Sequence record: PP400781
Length of the DNA stretch: 64,000 nucleotides
Source of the DNA: Escherichia phage FL20
Direction: 5' to 3' (one strand)
In this document: positions 9,608 to 18,589 of the stretch, piece by piece
Layout of the letters: every line of letters begins with the position of its first letter
Position numbering within the stretch: position 1 is the first letter of the stretch
Made by a program: the position numbers and the translations under genes
The notes under the pieces: generated by a model
Told to the model about the DNA's origin: nothing
Seen by the model: the letters and a program-made list of their open reading frames with translations, nothing else
Databases searched by the model: none

Positions 9608-10822
9608 TTAAGCAGGATGCGTTTCACGAATGCGTAGAACTCGCTCTAACGTCTCTCGGTCCAGTTTATGTAACTCTTTGGACTGATACATGAAACCATT
9701 GCGAGATTCCATGCAAGTGCAATCACTATATTTTTCTTCCGCTGCCGCGATTGTCTCCAGATCTTTGGCGTACTTGCTGGTAGAATAAACTTCTCGGTCA
9801 CGCCACTCTAACCCAGCCTCATTGAATTTAACAATCTCGTCAAATACCCACCATCCAATGTAGATAAATGAAGTTTTGCGCCACGGGATCGGGTGTACGT
9901 AACGAAACATTTTAACAACTTCCATTGAACATTTTCTACTTGTACTTGTTGCAACTTCTACTGTTTCATCTTCGATCTGTTGATATAGTTTAGCAACACA
10001 CCAGAATTTGGCTGTGTCATCGTAAGTAGCACTCTCTTTGAACAGATGACCGTCTGGAGTGATAGAAAATCCTTCCAGTGCTTCGCCAACCTCACTACCG
10101 ATCAGAGTCGGTGGTATTTGCCCTTCGCGCTGCAAATACCAGTTATATTTGATCGTCAAATTAGGCATACCGCTAGAATCGCCTACAATGTTCTCTGACA
10201 CAACATAATTAAGTAAGATCTCATTACCTAGTGCCACGGTCTTTGATTCCACCACATCCTGATCTACGTTCATTGTTGCCAGCATGATTTTAGTCGATGC
10301 GCTATTGGCTGAATTTTCCGACTCACCCCACACTTTTACAGTATACACGCCGTTTTTATCTGCTGTAAATTCTTTGATTGTAATATTCTGTTTTGTGTCT
10401 ATAACTTCTTCGCCCTTACTCCAACTATAATGTAGTTCATAGTCGTCTGCTGGAGTCTTCCCACCAGAAAATTTTACTGTTGCATGTAATTCTACGTCTT
10501 TTTGTGATGATACGTAGAAATGCGGCGGTTCGGTGATATTTACGATTAATTCCGCTTCTTCCATGAGGAAAACTTCAGATTCTACTGATTCCATCGTATC
10601 GGTATCCTGTACCGTTACTTTATAGCTACCCGCATTTTCACTTGTTGCACCTACTACAGATAGCGTAGCTGTGCTATTTTCATGTGGTTGGTCGTCTTTT
10701 GTCCATGTATATGTCAAATTGCTGGGTAATGGTTCGTCACCCGCTACAGTCGCCGTTAAGGTGAAACCATCTCCAGCAAGAAAACATCTTTTGTCAGATT
10801 TAATTGATACTGTGAAAGTCAT
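9608..10822 (-). CDS. hoc: outer capsid decoration protein Hoc (Ig-like domains)
   Basis: 404 aa; repeated beta-rich Ig-like segments (GSYKVTVQ, GVYTVKVW); position matches T4 hoc. Confidence 0.75.
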   Translation of the reverse strand: MTFTVSIKSDKRCFLAGDGFTLTATVAGDEPLPSNLTYTWTKDDQPHENSTATLSVVGATSENAGSYKVTVQDTDTMESVESEVFLMEEAELIVNITEPPHFYVSSQKDVELHATVKFSGGKTPADDYELHYSWSKGEEVIDTKQNITIKEFTADKNGVYTVKVWGESENSANSASTKIMLATMNVDQDVVESKTVALGNEILLNYVVSENIVGDSSGMPNLTIKYNWYLQREGQIPPTLIGSEVGEALEGFSITPDGHLFKESATYDDTAKFWCVAKLYQQIEDETVEVATSTSRKCSMEVVKMFRYVHPIPWRKTSFIYIGWWVFDEIVKFNEAGLEWRDREVYSTSKYAKDLETIAAAEEKYSDCTCMESRNGFMYQSKELHKLDRETLERVLRIRETHPA

Positions 10823-10888
10823 ATAAAGCCACTCCCATAGAAAATCCGAATTTAATTAATTGAAATAGTTGATTGCCATCAACCAGAT

Positions 10889-10906
10889 AACCATTGCGAG
10901 ATTCCA
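10889..10906. repeat. 18-nt duplicate of hoc 3' sequence
   Basis: AACCATTGCGAGATTCCA identical to 9694-9711 inside hoc; encodes ESRNG in both. Confidence 0.6.
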
Positions 10907-11087
10907 ATACATGAGTATTAGAATAGTGATGCAACGAGGCCGAAATAGTATCGATCTCGTCTGGGTATTTGTTCTGTTTGATGTAATACATTGATTTTGT
11001 TAGACATGTAGTATCCTCTTTTTAATTGCATAACGGAACTACAATTAAAATTATAACAAATATTTCACAACTTTTATCACCCAAAAA

Positions 11088-11813
11088 TTACTTGAGTGTG
11101 TGGAATTGGCTGTGTTTAGTCTCTCGCACCTTGACAGACCCATCGCGTTTGATATAATAGATCAGTGACTTGAGGGTGTCGTGTACATACGCGTGCGGGA
11201 AACGCTCTGGATACTTCTTCCAATCTGGAGTATTAACGATCCAGTCGAAAATCCACCACGGGCAGGAGTAGTAACCACGACCGCCACCGATCAAGCAAAT
11301 GGTCGGACGGAAGCCAGTAAGATCGCAAAATGAATCAGTGTCATGTGCTGGGGAACGATGCTCTGCTTCGTTAGAGAAAATGTTGGCTACCGGAGATTCC
11401 ACTTTAACTTCCGGTGCTTCTTCAACATCCGACTTAACTTCTTCGACCACTGGTTCAACTGCTGGAGATTCTTCTTTTGTTTCTTCAATGACGATCTCAG
11501 GTTCTTTCATTGCTTCAACCAGAGACGGATCAACTTCGTCGAATACCACTTTATCATCTGCGGTGTCTGCTGCCAGAATAAGATCGTTAATACTGGTTCC
11601 TTCTGCCGGAGTTTCTTCTTCCATTTCGGAAGCCAGTTTAGTTAATTCGGTTTCTACGAACTCGATCATGTTCTCTAACGAGAGCGTCTTTTTGACCTTA
11701 ATATCAAATTGTTTTGCGTAGTCAGCTAATTCTGTTTTAGCTGTTTTCTGTGCTTCTTTGTCGTCGGACGCCGCAATAGCGCGGAGTTCTTCGAAATATT
11801 CTTTATCAAACAT
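11088..11813 (-). CDS. inh: acidic protein, Inh-like by synteny (prohead protease inhibitor)
   Basis: 241 aa, E/D-rich; between hoc and segE as T4 inh; sequence identity to Inh not verified. Confidence 0.45.
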   Translation of the reverse strand: MFDKEYFEELRAIAASDDKEAQKTAKTELADYAKQFDIKVKKTLSLENMIEFVETELTKLASEMEEETPAEGTSINDLILAADTADDKVVFDEVDPSLVEAMKEPEIVIEETKEESPAVEPVVEEVKSDVEEAPEVKVESPVANIFSNEAEHRSPAHDTDSFCDLTGFRPTICLIGGGRGYYSCPWWIFDWIVNTPDWKKYPERFPHAYVHDTLKSLIYYIKRDGSVKVRETKHSQFHTLK

Positions 11814-11838
11814 GTTATTCTCCTGATTGGGGTGTTTG

Positions 11839-11846
11839 TATAAATA
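11839..11846 (+). promoter_or_regulatory. T4-type late promoter TATAAATA (segE/uvsW)
   Basis: Exact TATAAATA 39 nt upstream of segE ATG. Confidence 0.55.
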
Positions 11847-11884
11847 TTTGTATACTGTATTTATTGCATACGGAGATTTTTACT

Positions 11885-12616
11885 ATGGCTAAAAGATTTC
11901 ATTATGTTTATGAGATAAAGAATCTTGTAAACGGCAAATTGTATATAGGTAAACATTCTACTAACAATATGCATGATGGATATATGGGGTCTGGTGACCT
12001 TCTTCGTGCTGCATTTGAAAAATATGGCATTGAGAACTTCGAGAAGCGCATATTAAAAATGTTTGATACCGAGCAAGATGCTTACCTATACGAAAAAGAA
12101 CTTGTCACTGTTGACATTGTAAAAGATCCCAATTATTATAATGTAGTTACTGGCGGTCGTTATGACGGAGACCAGGTATACTCAGACTCTGTACGCGCTA
12201 AAATGTCTTCTTCTGCCAAAGAGCGCGTAGAACGTGATATGAAAACTGGAAAACTAAAAAAAGCAATAGTAGGTATGCGAGATAGTGTTTCCGGCAGCAC
12301 ATGGTACAGCGACGGTGTTAAATCTATACGAGTTCGAGATGGAGAAACTCCACCTGACGGATTCATCAAGGGTAATTTACATGTTGGGTGGGACCATATA
12401 GAATGGACGGAGGAACGCAAAGCCGCTAACAGGGAAATGTGTCTAAGACAAGTCCAAAAGGATCGTGAGTCCGGTGCTCTCGCCGAGCGTGTAGCAAGGC
12501 TTAACGATTTTCATACTGGTAGTAAGTGGTATAACAACGGGGTAGTTAATAAGGTCGTGAAACGCGGTGACACCCCTCCTGATGGTTTTGTTCTTGGAAA
12601 ACTTGTTAAAAGGTGA
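11885..12616 (+). CDS. segE: GIY-YIG homing endonuclease
   Basis: YVYEIKNLVNGKLYIGKH GIY-YIG motif; repeated WY..G..PPDGF DNA-binding motifs; T4 segE position. Confidence 0.8.
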   Translation: MAKRFHYVYEIKNLVNGKLYIGKHSTNNMHDGYMGSGDLLRAAFEKYGIENFEKRILKMFDTEQDAYLYEKELVTVDIVKDPNYYNVVTGGRYDGDQVYSDSVRAKMSSSAKERVERDMKTGKLKKAIVGMRDSVSGSTWYSDGVKSIRVRDGETPPDGFIKGNLHVGWDHIEWTEERKAANREMCLRQVQKDRESGALAERVARLNDFHTGSKWYNNGVVNKVVKRGDTPPDGFVLGKLVKR

Positions 12617-12620
12617 TGTG

Positions 12621-14123
12621 ATGCAAGATATTCATGTGCATTTTATGAATTATAGTTTTGTTAAAATTGAATGCTCTGATTCAATATCTATGGAACTACG
12701 AGACTATTTTTCTTTTGAGATTGAAGGTGCAAGATTTAATCCTCGTTATCGCTACGGGCAATGGGATGGGCGAATCCGGCTATTTACCTATGAAAACACT
12801 CTTCCTATCGGACTGATCAAAACTTTGGGTATCTTTGCTAAGAATATGAGCTATTCTGTTTGGATTGATCCCCGTCTTCTGGAAAAGGAGAAAATCACTA
12901 AAGAAGACATTGACAGTTGGATCGGTTCGTTGGCGATATATTCTGGCGCTAATAAGATCACCCCTCACTGGTATCAAAGTGAAGCTGTATTTCAGGGTAT
13001 ACATAATCGTCGTAGAATGTTAGTTTTGCCTACTTCTGCTGGTAAAAGTTTGATTGCTTGTTTATTATCTCGATGGTATCTGGAAAACTACGAGGGAAAG
13101 GTGTTAATCATTGTTCCAACTACTTCTCTTGTTCTCCAGATGCGTGATGACTTCATTGATTATAGGCTATTCCCTTTTGAGGCTATCCATACAATGATGA
13201 GTGGTAGCCAAAAACATCCAGGGGAACGATTGATAACTGTTTCAACTTGGCAATCTGCATGTAAGATGCCTAAAGAGTGGTTCCAGCAATACGGAATGGT
13301 TATTGTCGATGAATGTCACAAAGCAACCGCTAAAAACCTTCAAAATATTGTAAATGATATGACTCATTGCCAATTTAAGATTGGTATGACTGGTTCACCT
13401 CGTGAGGGTAAGTGTAATGCTTTGCAATACGTTGGATTGTTTGGAGATATATCTAGGATCGTAAGTATTGATCGTCTTATGGATGAAGGACAAGTTACAA
13501 AACTGAAAATCAACTGTCTATTCCTAAAATATGCTGATGATGAATGCGCGGCTATTAAGGGGAAAGAATACGCGGAAGAGATCAAATATATAACTTCACA
13601 CGGCAGACGGAATAAGTTTGTGTGTAATTTGGCACTAAAACTCGCTAAGAAGAACGAAAACGTCTTTTTAATGTTTCGCAACACTAAACACGGAAAAATG
13701 ATGTATGAAGCCTTACAGAAGGTACATGATAAGGTTTACTACATTGATGGTGGGGTTAAGACTGCGGAACGAGACGAGTTCAAAAAATTAGCGGAAGGAG
13801 AGACCGGGATCATTTGCGTCGCCTCCTACGGCGTTTTCTCTACTGGCGTTTCTATCAAGAACTTACACCATGTAATTTTCGGTCATCCTGTCAAAGAGTC
13901 TACTATTGTTCGTCAAAGTATTGGTCGTGCATTGCGTAAGCATGGTTCTAAGGATATTGCTTATGTATGGGATATTATTGATTTGTTGGGTATAAAGACA
14001 AAGAGTAAGACCGCTAAGAAGCAATATAGTCATCTCAATTACGCAACTAAGCACGGCATAGAAAGGGTTCGAGTGTACAACGAAGATAAATTCGATTATT
14101 CAACCAAAACAATCGAAATTTAA
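12621..14123 (+). CDS. uvsW: UvsW DNA/RNA helicase (SF2)
   Basis: Walker A PTSAGKS, DECH box (VIVDECHKA), motif VI; start set at MQDIH after segE stop. Confidence 0.9.
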   Translation: MQDIHVHFMNYSFVKIECSDSISMELRDYFSFEIEGARFNPRYRYGQWDGRIRLFTYENTLPIGLIKTLGIFAKNMSYSVWIDPRLLEKEKITKEDIDSWIGSLAIYSGANKITPHWYQSEAVFQGIHNRRRMLVLPTSAGKSLIACLLSRWYLENYEGKVLIIVPTTSLVLQMRDDFIDYRLFPFEAIHTMMSGSQKHPGERLITVSTWQSACKMPKEWFQQYGMVIVDECHKATAKNLQNIVNDMTHCQFKIGMTGSPREGKCNALQYVGLFGDISRIVSIDRLMDEGQVTKLKINCLFLKYADDECAAIKGKEYAEEIKYITSHGRRNKFVCNLALKLAKKNENVFLMFRNTKHGKMMYEALQKVHDKVYYIDGGVKTAERDEFKKLAEGETGIICVASYGVFSTGVSIKNLHHVIFGHPVKESTIVRQSIGRALRKHGSKDIAYVWDIIDLLGIKTKSKTAKKQYSHLNYATKHGIERVRVYNEDKFDYSTKTIEI

Positions 14124-14128
14124 TAAAT

Positions 14129-14152
14129 AGGGGCTGTATGCCCCTTATTTTT
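14129..14152 (+). terminator. rho-independent terminator after uvsW
   Basis: AGGGGC-tgtat-GCCCCT hairpin plus TATTTTT. Confidence 0.7.
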
Positions 14153-14165
14153 ACGGAGATTAAAA

Positions 14166-14402
14166 ATGATTAGTTTTAAACGATTCTTAGCCGAGGCGGT
14201 TATTGATGGTTTCATGAATAAAATCTATTCTTGTAATACTATGGAAGGTTTGGACGAGCTTGAAAAATATTATGAAAAGCGCAAGAAAGAGACCGATCTC
14301 AAACCGTCAGATGATATCTCTATTCGTGATGCAATCGCAGGTCGAAGAAAACAGTTAGAGAGTGAAAATGAGCCGGAAGAGGAGCCGGAAGAGGATTTTT
14401 AA
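14166..14402 (+). CDS. uvsW.1: UvsW.1-like small protein
   Basis: 78 aa ORF directly after uvsW, acidic C-terminus; synteny. Confidence 0.55.
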   Translation: MISFKRFLAEAVIDGFMNKIYSCNTMEGLDELEKYYEKRKKETDLKPSDDISIRDAIAGRRKQLESENEPEEEPEEDF

Positions 14403-14407
14403 GATAT

Positions 14408-14432
14408 AAAAAAGCCCCATCATTGATGGGGC
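14408..14432 (-). terminator. rho-independent terminator (minus strand, uvsY transcript)
   Basis: Palindrome GCCCCATCAttgATGGGGC followed by 6 U on minus strand. Confidence 0.65.
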
Positions 14433-14465
14433 AAAATAAACCAATTAAAATCGGTTATCAACAAA

Positions 14466-14642
14466 TTACATTAACAGCATTGTTTGCTCTACGAGTTGTT
14501 CTTGTTCTTCGCCGTTCGCATCTTCACTAATCGAACGTTCTGTTACTAGCTGTAAGCAGTAGCCAGTGTGAACAACGCCGTTTTCTGTCTGGACGGATAA
14601 CGCATCCTCGACAGGTTGTTTACAACAAATACAGATTTTCAT
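14466..14642 (-). CDS. small Cys-rich protein (58 aa), uvsY.-2-like position
   Basis: MKICICCKQP...HTGYC; ORF below track cutoff; downstream of uvsY. Confidence 0.45.
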   Translation of the reverse strand: MKICICCKQPVEDALSVQTENGVVHTGYCLQLVTERSISEDANGEEQEQLVEQTMLLM

Positions 14643-14663
14643 AAAAATTCCTCCTGCATGTAT

Positions 14664-15071
14664 TTAGCGACCAGATTCCAGCATACGCAATTCTATAGCA
14701 TTCTTGATCGCAAAGCCACGAGATTTAACGATATCAAGTGCGCGACCAGCAAAATCCATTACCATCTGGTAATATGCAATTTTCGTATCAAGTGGTAAGA
14801 TCTCGTCGTCTGCTGCCATGACAACTTTCAATTCTGATTTCTCATATTCAGCACGACACCAGTCATCACTACGGTTAGTGTAAAAATCAAGACGATTTTT
14901 CATAGCCTTTTTCTTTTTAGCCTCAAGAGCAATCGTCTCTCTTTTCGCCTCGCTGTAAATCCTTAACCACTTTGAGTATACTACCGGATTATTCAGCGCC
15001 TCCCATTGCAACTTAGTCGCATCGATCTTCATGTCAGCTTCTAATTGTTCTTTCAAATCGTTTAGGTCCAT
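14664..15071 (-). CDS. uvsY: UvsY recombination mediator
   Basis: 135 aa; length and position as T4 UvsY. Confidence 0.85.
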   Translation of the reverse strand: MDLNDLKEQLEADMKIDATKLQWEALNNPVVYSKWLRIYSEAKRETIALEAKKKKAMKNRLDFYTNRSDDWCRAEYEKSELKVVMAADDEILPLDTKIAYYQMVMDFAGRALDIVKSRGFAIKNAIELRMLESGR

Positions 15072-15118
15072 AATATCCCCTTATTCACACTAAGACCTAT
15101 ATCATATCACACACAAAA

Positions 15119-15505
15119 TCACTTTGCAAGTCTTATGCGTAGTTGTTCAAGATCATCTGGGTTATCTATTACTGAAAAGTAGATTGATACTATGATTGAG
15201 TTATCGTCGTACTGCGGAGTTACTTCTACTGTCAGGTTTCGGACCCGTGGTTCATAGTTTCGGATCGCCTCATTGATGTTTTTTGATAAGGTGTCCACTG
15301 TCAGTGGGTTCATGTTCTCAAACAGTGATTTATTGAGATCGCATCCAAACAGTGGATCAAATGGACGAGATCCCTTGCGAGTAGTCACGATCAGTAGAAT
15401 AGAATCCTTAACCGCTTTAATCCCTATGTTCTTTTTAACGTCGTTATTCCACGATCTGGATATATTGAGATCCAAATCAGTATACATCTGATTAATAGTT
15501 GCCAT
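15119..15505 (-). CDS. 25: baseplate wedge protein gp25
   Basis: TTRKGSRPFDP.FGCDL and FSVIDNPDD match T4 gp25; start set at MATIN. Confidence 0.9.
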   Translation of the reverse strand: MATINQMYTDLDLNISRSWNNDVKKNIGIKAVKDSILLIVTTRKGSRPFDPLFGCDLNKSLFENMNPLTVDTLSKNINEAIRNYEPRVRNLTVEVTPQYDDNSIIVSIYFSVIDNPDDLEQLRIRLAK

Positions 15506-15513
15506 GTTATACC

Positions 15514-16143
15514 TCAAAGAATTTTAAGGAAACTGGATAGACCTGATAATGAATATACACCAGATTCCCCGCATTCGCACTTGATCGGTACTGCCAGCGT
15601 GATTTGATTTCTTGTTAGCTCGTCGATCACTTCTTCCACTTTATCCGTGGTAAGCATATCCAGCACGCGGTCAAAGTCCTGTGCGTTCAGGTCGTCTATA
15701 TTGAATTGCTGATCTCCGATCACGATATATTCGATACATGCAATTACCATCTGCATAATATCAACATCTTCTGTAAACTTAGGTTGACGAAACTTGATTT
15801 TTACTTGTCCTAAGTCCAGAATATACGGTTCAACTTCTGGTATCTGTGTGCGTGAAACATCAAGAGAATATACTTTCTCTTTATTGCATACACCACATAC
15901 CCAAGTAGCATCAATTTTCATCTTATTGAGGCTGTGACACCATAAGAGAAGAAAAATATATTCTGCTTCGCATTTCTCTAGCTCTAATGCATTGATCCCC
16001 GTACATTCATGTATGATCTCTATAACAACCTCTGACAGCTTGCCAGTCTCTTTTGCTGCTACCAGTTTTTGAAATTCGCCGAAGGTGAAAGCACGGGCGT
16101 GTATCAACTTTTCGCCTAATTGGATCTTGAAAAAGTATTGCAT
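15514..16143 (-). CDS. 26: baseplate hub protein gp26
   Basis: 209 aa; synteny 25-26 divergent from 51. Confidence 0.8.
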   Translation of the reverse strand: MQYFFKIQLGEKLIHARAFTFGEFQKLVAAKETGKLSEVVIEIIHECTGINALELEKCEAEYIFLLLWCHSLNKMKIDATWVCGVCNKEKVYSLDVSRTQIPEVEPYILDLGQVKIKFRQPKFTEDVDIMQMVIACIEYIVIGDQQFNIDDLNAQDFDRVLDMLTTDKVEEVIDELTRNQITLAVPIKCECGESGVYSLSGLSSFLKIL

Positions 16144-16185
16144 AATAAAACACCCTTTATAAACACATAGAATTATTTAGTATTT

Positions 16186-16193
16186 TATAAATA
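16186..16193 (+). promoter_or_regulatory. T4-type late promoter TATAAATA (gene 51)
   Basis: Exact TATAAATA 21 nt upstream of gene 51 ATG. Confidence 0.65.
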
Positions 16194-16213
16194 CCCGAAA
16201 GGGGGATTATACC

Positions 16214-16984
16214 ATGAATATTATCCGAATAAAACTGCCGGAAGGTGTGCAGAGATTTAAACCATTCACGGTAAAAGATTATAGAGATTTCCTTCTGGTG
16301 TCAACTGAAATTAAGATGAATCCAGAAGAAGAACAAACGATTCTGGATGAGCTATTAGAAGAAATATATCCAGACGTAGATCCGGCATTTCGTGAATATA
16401 TTTTCCTGAATGTCTTTACTAGTTCAATTGGTAAAACTAAGATACCGCTTTGTTTTACTTGCCCGACTTGCAACAAAGAAAGAAAAATGTTGCTTAACTT
16501 ACAGGTTGAAGCATTAAAACCAATCGTTCTAGAAGCCGCAGGGCTTAAAATAACTTTCCGGTATGTTAAACCATCAACCGACTATGCAAAAACGTTTCTG
16601 GATGCGATAGAGCGTGTATCCGATGGTATTAATGATTATCTATGGACTGAATTACCGGAAGACGTTAGAGAACAGGTTATCGATTCAATCTCATTTGCTG
16701 AATTTGAAGAAGTTGTTAAGCAGATGCACACAATCAAGATCGAACAAAAGATATCTTGTTGTGAAAGTCATGACCTGAAATACATAGGTCTTCTTCCATT
16801 GTTCAAATTGTTGTTGAATCCAGATGAGTTATTCATCTTTTATCGAATAAACCATCTATTGGCAAAATCAAATTATTCTATCAGTGATCTTATGGACATG
16901 TTACCCGTCGAGAGAAACATTGCACTGACACTGGTCGAGAAAGACGTAAAAGAGGCAAACAATGCAAAGAACGGGGTTTCCTAA
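16214..16984 (+). CDS. 51: baseplate hub assembly protein gp51
   Basis: 256 aa; synteny. Confidence 0.8.
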   Translation: MNIIRIKLPEGVQRFKPFTVKDYRDFLLVSTEIKMNPEEEQTILDELLEEIYPDVDPAFREYIFLNVFTSSIGKTKIPLCFTCPTCNKERKMLLNLQVEALKPIVLEAAGLKITFRYVKPSTDYAKTFLDAIERVSDGINDYLWTELPEDVREQVIDSISFAEFEEVVKQMHTIKIEQKISCCESHDLKYIGLLPLFKLLLNPDELFIFYRINHLLAKSNYSISDLMDMLPVERNIALTLVEKDVKEANNAKNGVS

Positions 16985-18071
16985 TGTCTCAATAAAACTT
17001 TATCAGGATTATGAGGCATTTCTAAATCATCGCTTTATAGAATTGGGTGCTACCTTTGTTACAATGACTCTGCGTGATTCGATTCGTGGAGTGAACGAAG
17101 GATTGTTGCAATTCTATGATAATAAGGCGATGCATACAAAATTAAACGGGAGAGAGATCATTCAGATTTCGCTATCCACTGCTAATACAGATGAAGTGTT
17201 TAACCGAATCTATGGGATCTCTCATAGTAATGTAACAATTGACCAAAAATCTGACAACATTTTAACATTCCAGTTAAAGAGCTATCACGAAACATTAAAC
17301 CTTAAATTTTCTCGCTCATTGACAAATAACGCGGTTAATAACGTAACTAGCATGATTGATGCTATCTATAAGGAAGTTCCTTTATGGAAACCTACTATAA
17401 AGGGTGATAACGTTGTTATTCCTCGTTGTCCGTGGGTTAGTACCATAAATGACTATATGGATTTTGTGAGGGCATACGGGCAAAGCGTAGAAACCGAGTC
17501 TTTCGTGTATTGCTGGGAAGATTTTGATGGTATAACGATCGCTGGACACGATACAATATTAAAAAATGAGCCAATACCAGCTATAATCTGTGAGCCTAGA
17601 CTCATGGGGCAGTTTATTGATATGTCGCCTAATCTGATGGTTTTTAATTTCGAGTGGCAGACTAAGAGTAATGCTAAAGTTAAAAATTCATTTAGCAATG
17701 TGACATACACAACTATTGATTTTGTTACTAAGCAGTATAATAAAATTGTTGTTGGTAATGGGGATAATATTGCACACTTTGCTCATGGTGGCGCTTATGG
17801 TAATTTAACTTATAAGAATGCGTTTTTGGAAGGTTCTAAACTTGCCACAATAGAACAATATGATTCATATGCTACCGCCGTGTGTCACGGTAATTTTTCG
17901 TTGCGCCCCGGTATGGTTATTCGATTCTTTGATGAGAAGCAACAAGCACGCAATGATTTTATTGTTGACGAAGTTGTGCATGAAATTAGCCGAGAGCAAT
18001 CATTAACTCACCTGTATATGATCGGTAACAGCGAAGAATTGCAGGAAGTCAAATTTGAAGGTAAGATATAA
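16962..18071 (+). CDS. 27: baseplate hub protein gp27
   Basis: N-terminus similar to T4 gp27 (RDS..G.NEGMLQFYDSK..HTK..G.EIIQIS). Confidence 0.9.
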   Translation: MQRTGFPNVSIKLYQDYEAFLNHRFIELGATFVTMTLRDSIRGVNEGLLQFYDNKAMHTKLNGREIIQISLSTANTDEVFNRIYGISHSNVTIDQKSDNILTFQLKSYHETLNLKFSRSLTNNAVNNVTSMIDAIYKEVPLWKPTIKGDNVVIPRCPWVSTINDYMDFVRAYGQSVETESFVYCWEDFDGITIAGHDTILKNEPIPAIICEPRLMGQFIDMSPNLMVFNFEWQTKSNAKVKNSFSNVTYTTIDFVTKQYNKIVVGNGDNIAHFAHGGAYGNLTYKNAFLEGSKLATIEQYDSYATAVCHGNFSLRPGMVIRFFDEKQQARNDFIVDEVVHEISREQSLTHLYMIGNSEELQEVKFEGKI

Positions 18072-18589
18072 TGACAGAAACTAAACCTATGTTAAAATTT
18101 GTTGTTCCTGTAAAAAAATTAGAGATAAACGGGAAACATATCAAGATCCCAAAAATGGGGATTAAGCAACATCGATTATTAAAAGATGTTCGTAGCTGTG
18201 ATGAAACATTAAAGATTCTTCTTGATTCAATCTGTCCTGGGTTAAACGCTGCCGAGTCTGAATTGGTTATGCTTAACCTTTGTGCGTTTAATGGTAAGTG
18301 TCTGGAAGAAAAAGATGGTCTTAAGCTGTCTGATGTGTATATTTGTACAGAGACTGAATTTACTTTAAATGGTAAAGTCTTTAAATTTAAAAATCCAATG
18401 TATACTTCTGACCCCATTATCGATGACGCTGATTTCTTGAGTCATCATTATCACGATCCTAGTGTAGACTTCCATGATTTCCCAGCTTTTATTATGGATT
18501 GGGCTACAGGATTAAGAAAAACTATTGCACTGGATACACCGGAAGGTACTATCTATGGTGGAATTAACATATTGGATCGCCTATCATGA
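18071..18589 (+). CDS. 28: baseplate hub distal subunit gp28
   Basis: 172 aa; coupled to 27 and 29. Confidence 0.8.
   Translation: MTETKPMLKFVVPVKKLEINGKHIKIPKMGIKQHRLLKDVRSCDETLKILLDSICPGLNAAESELVMLNLCAFNGKCLEEKDGLKLSDVYICTETEFTLNGKVFKFKNPMYTSDPIIDDADFLSHHYHDPSVDFHDFPAFIMDWATGLRKTIALDTPEGTIYGGINILDRLS

Noticed and set aside
12567-12620. Upstream start for uvsW overlapping segE
   Set aside because: The extension overlaps the segE 3' end. ATG at 12621 follows the segE stop and gives the N-terminus MQDIH.
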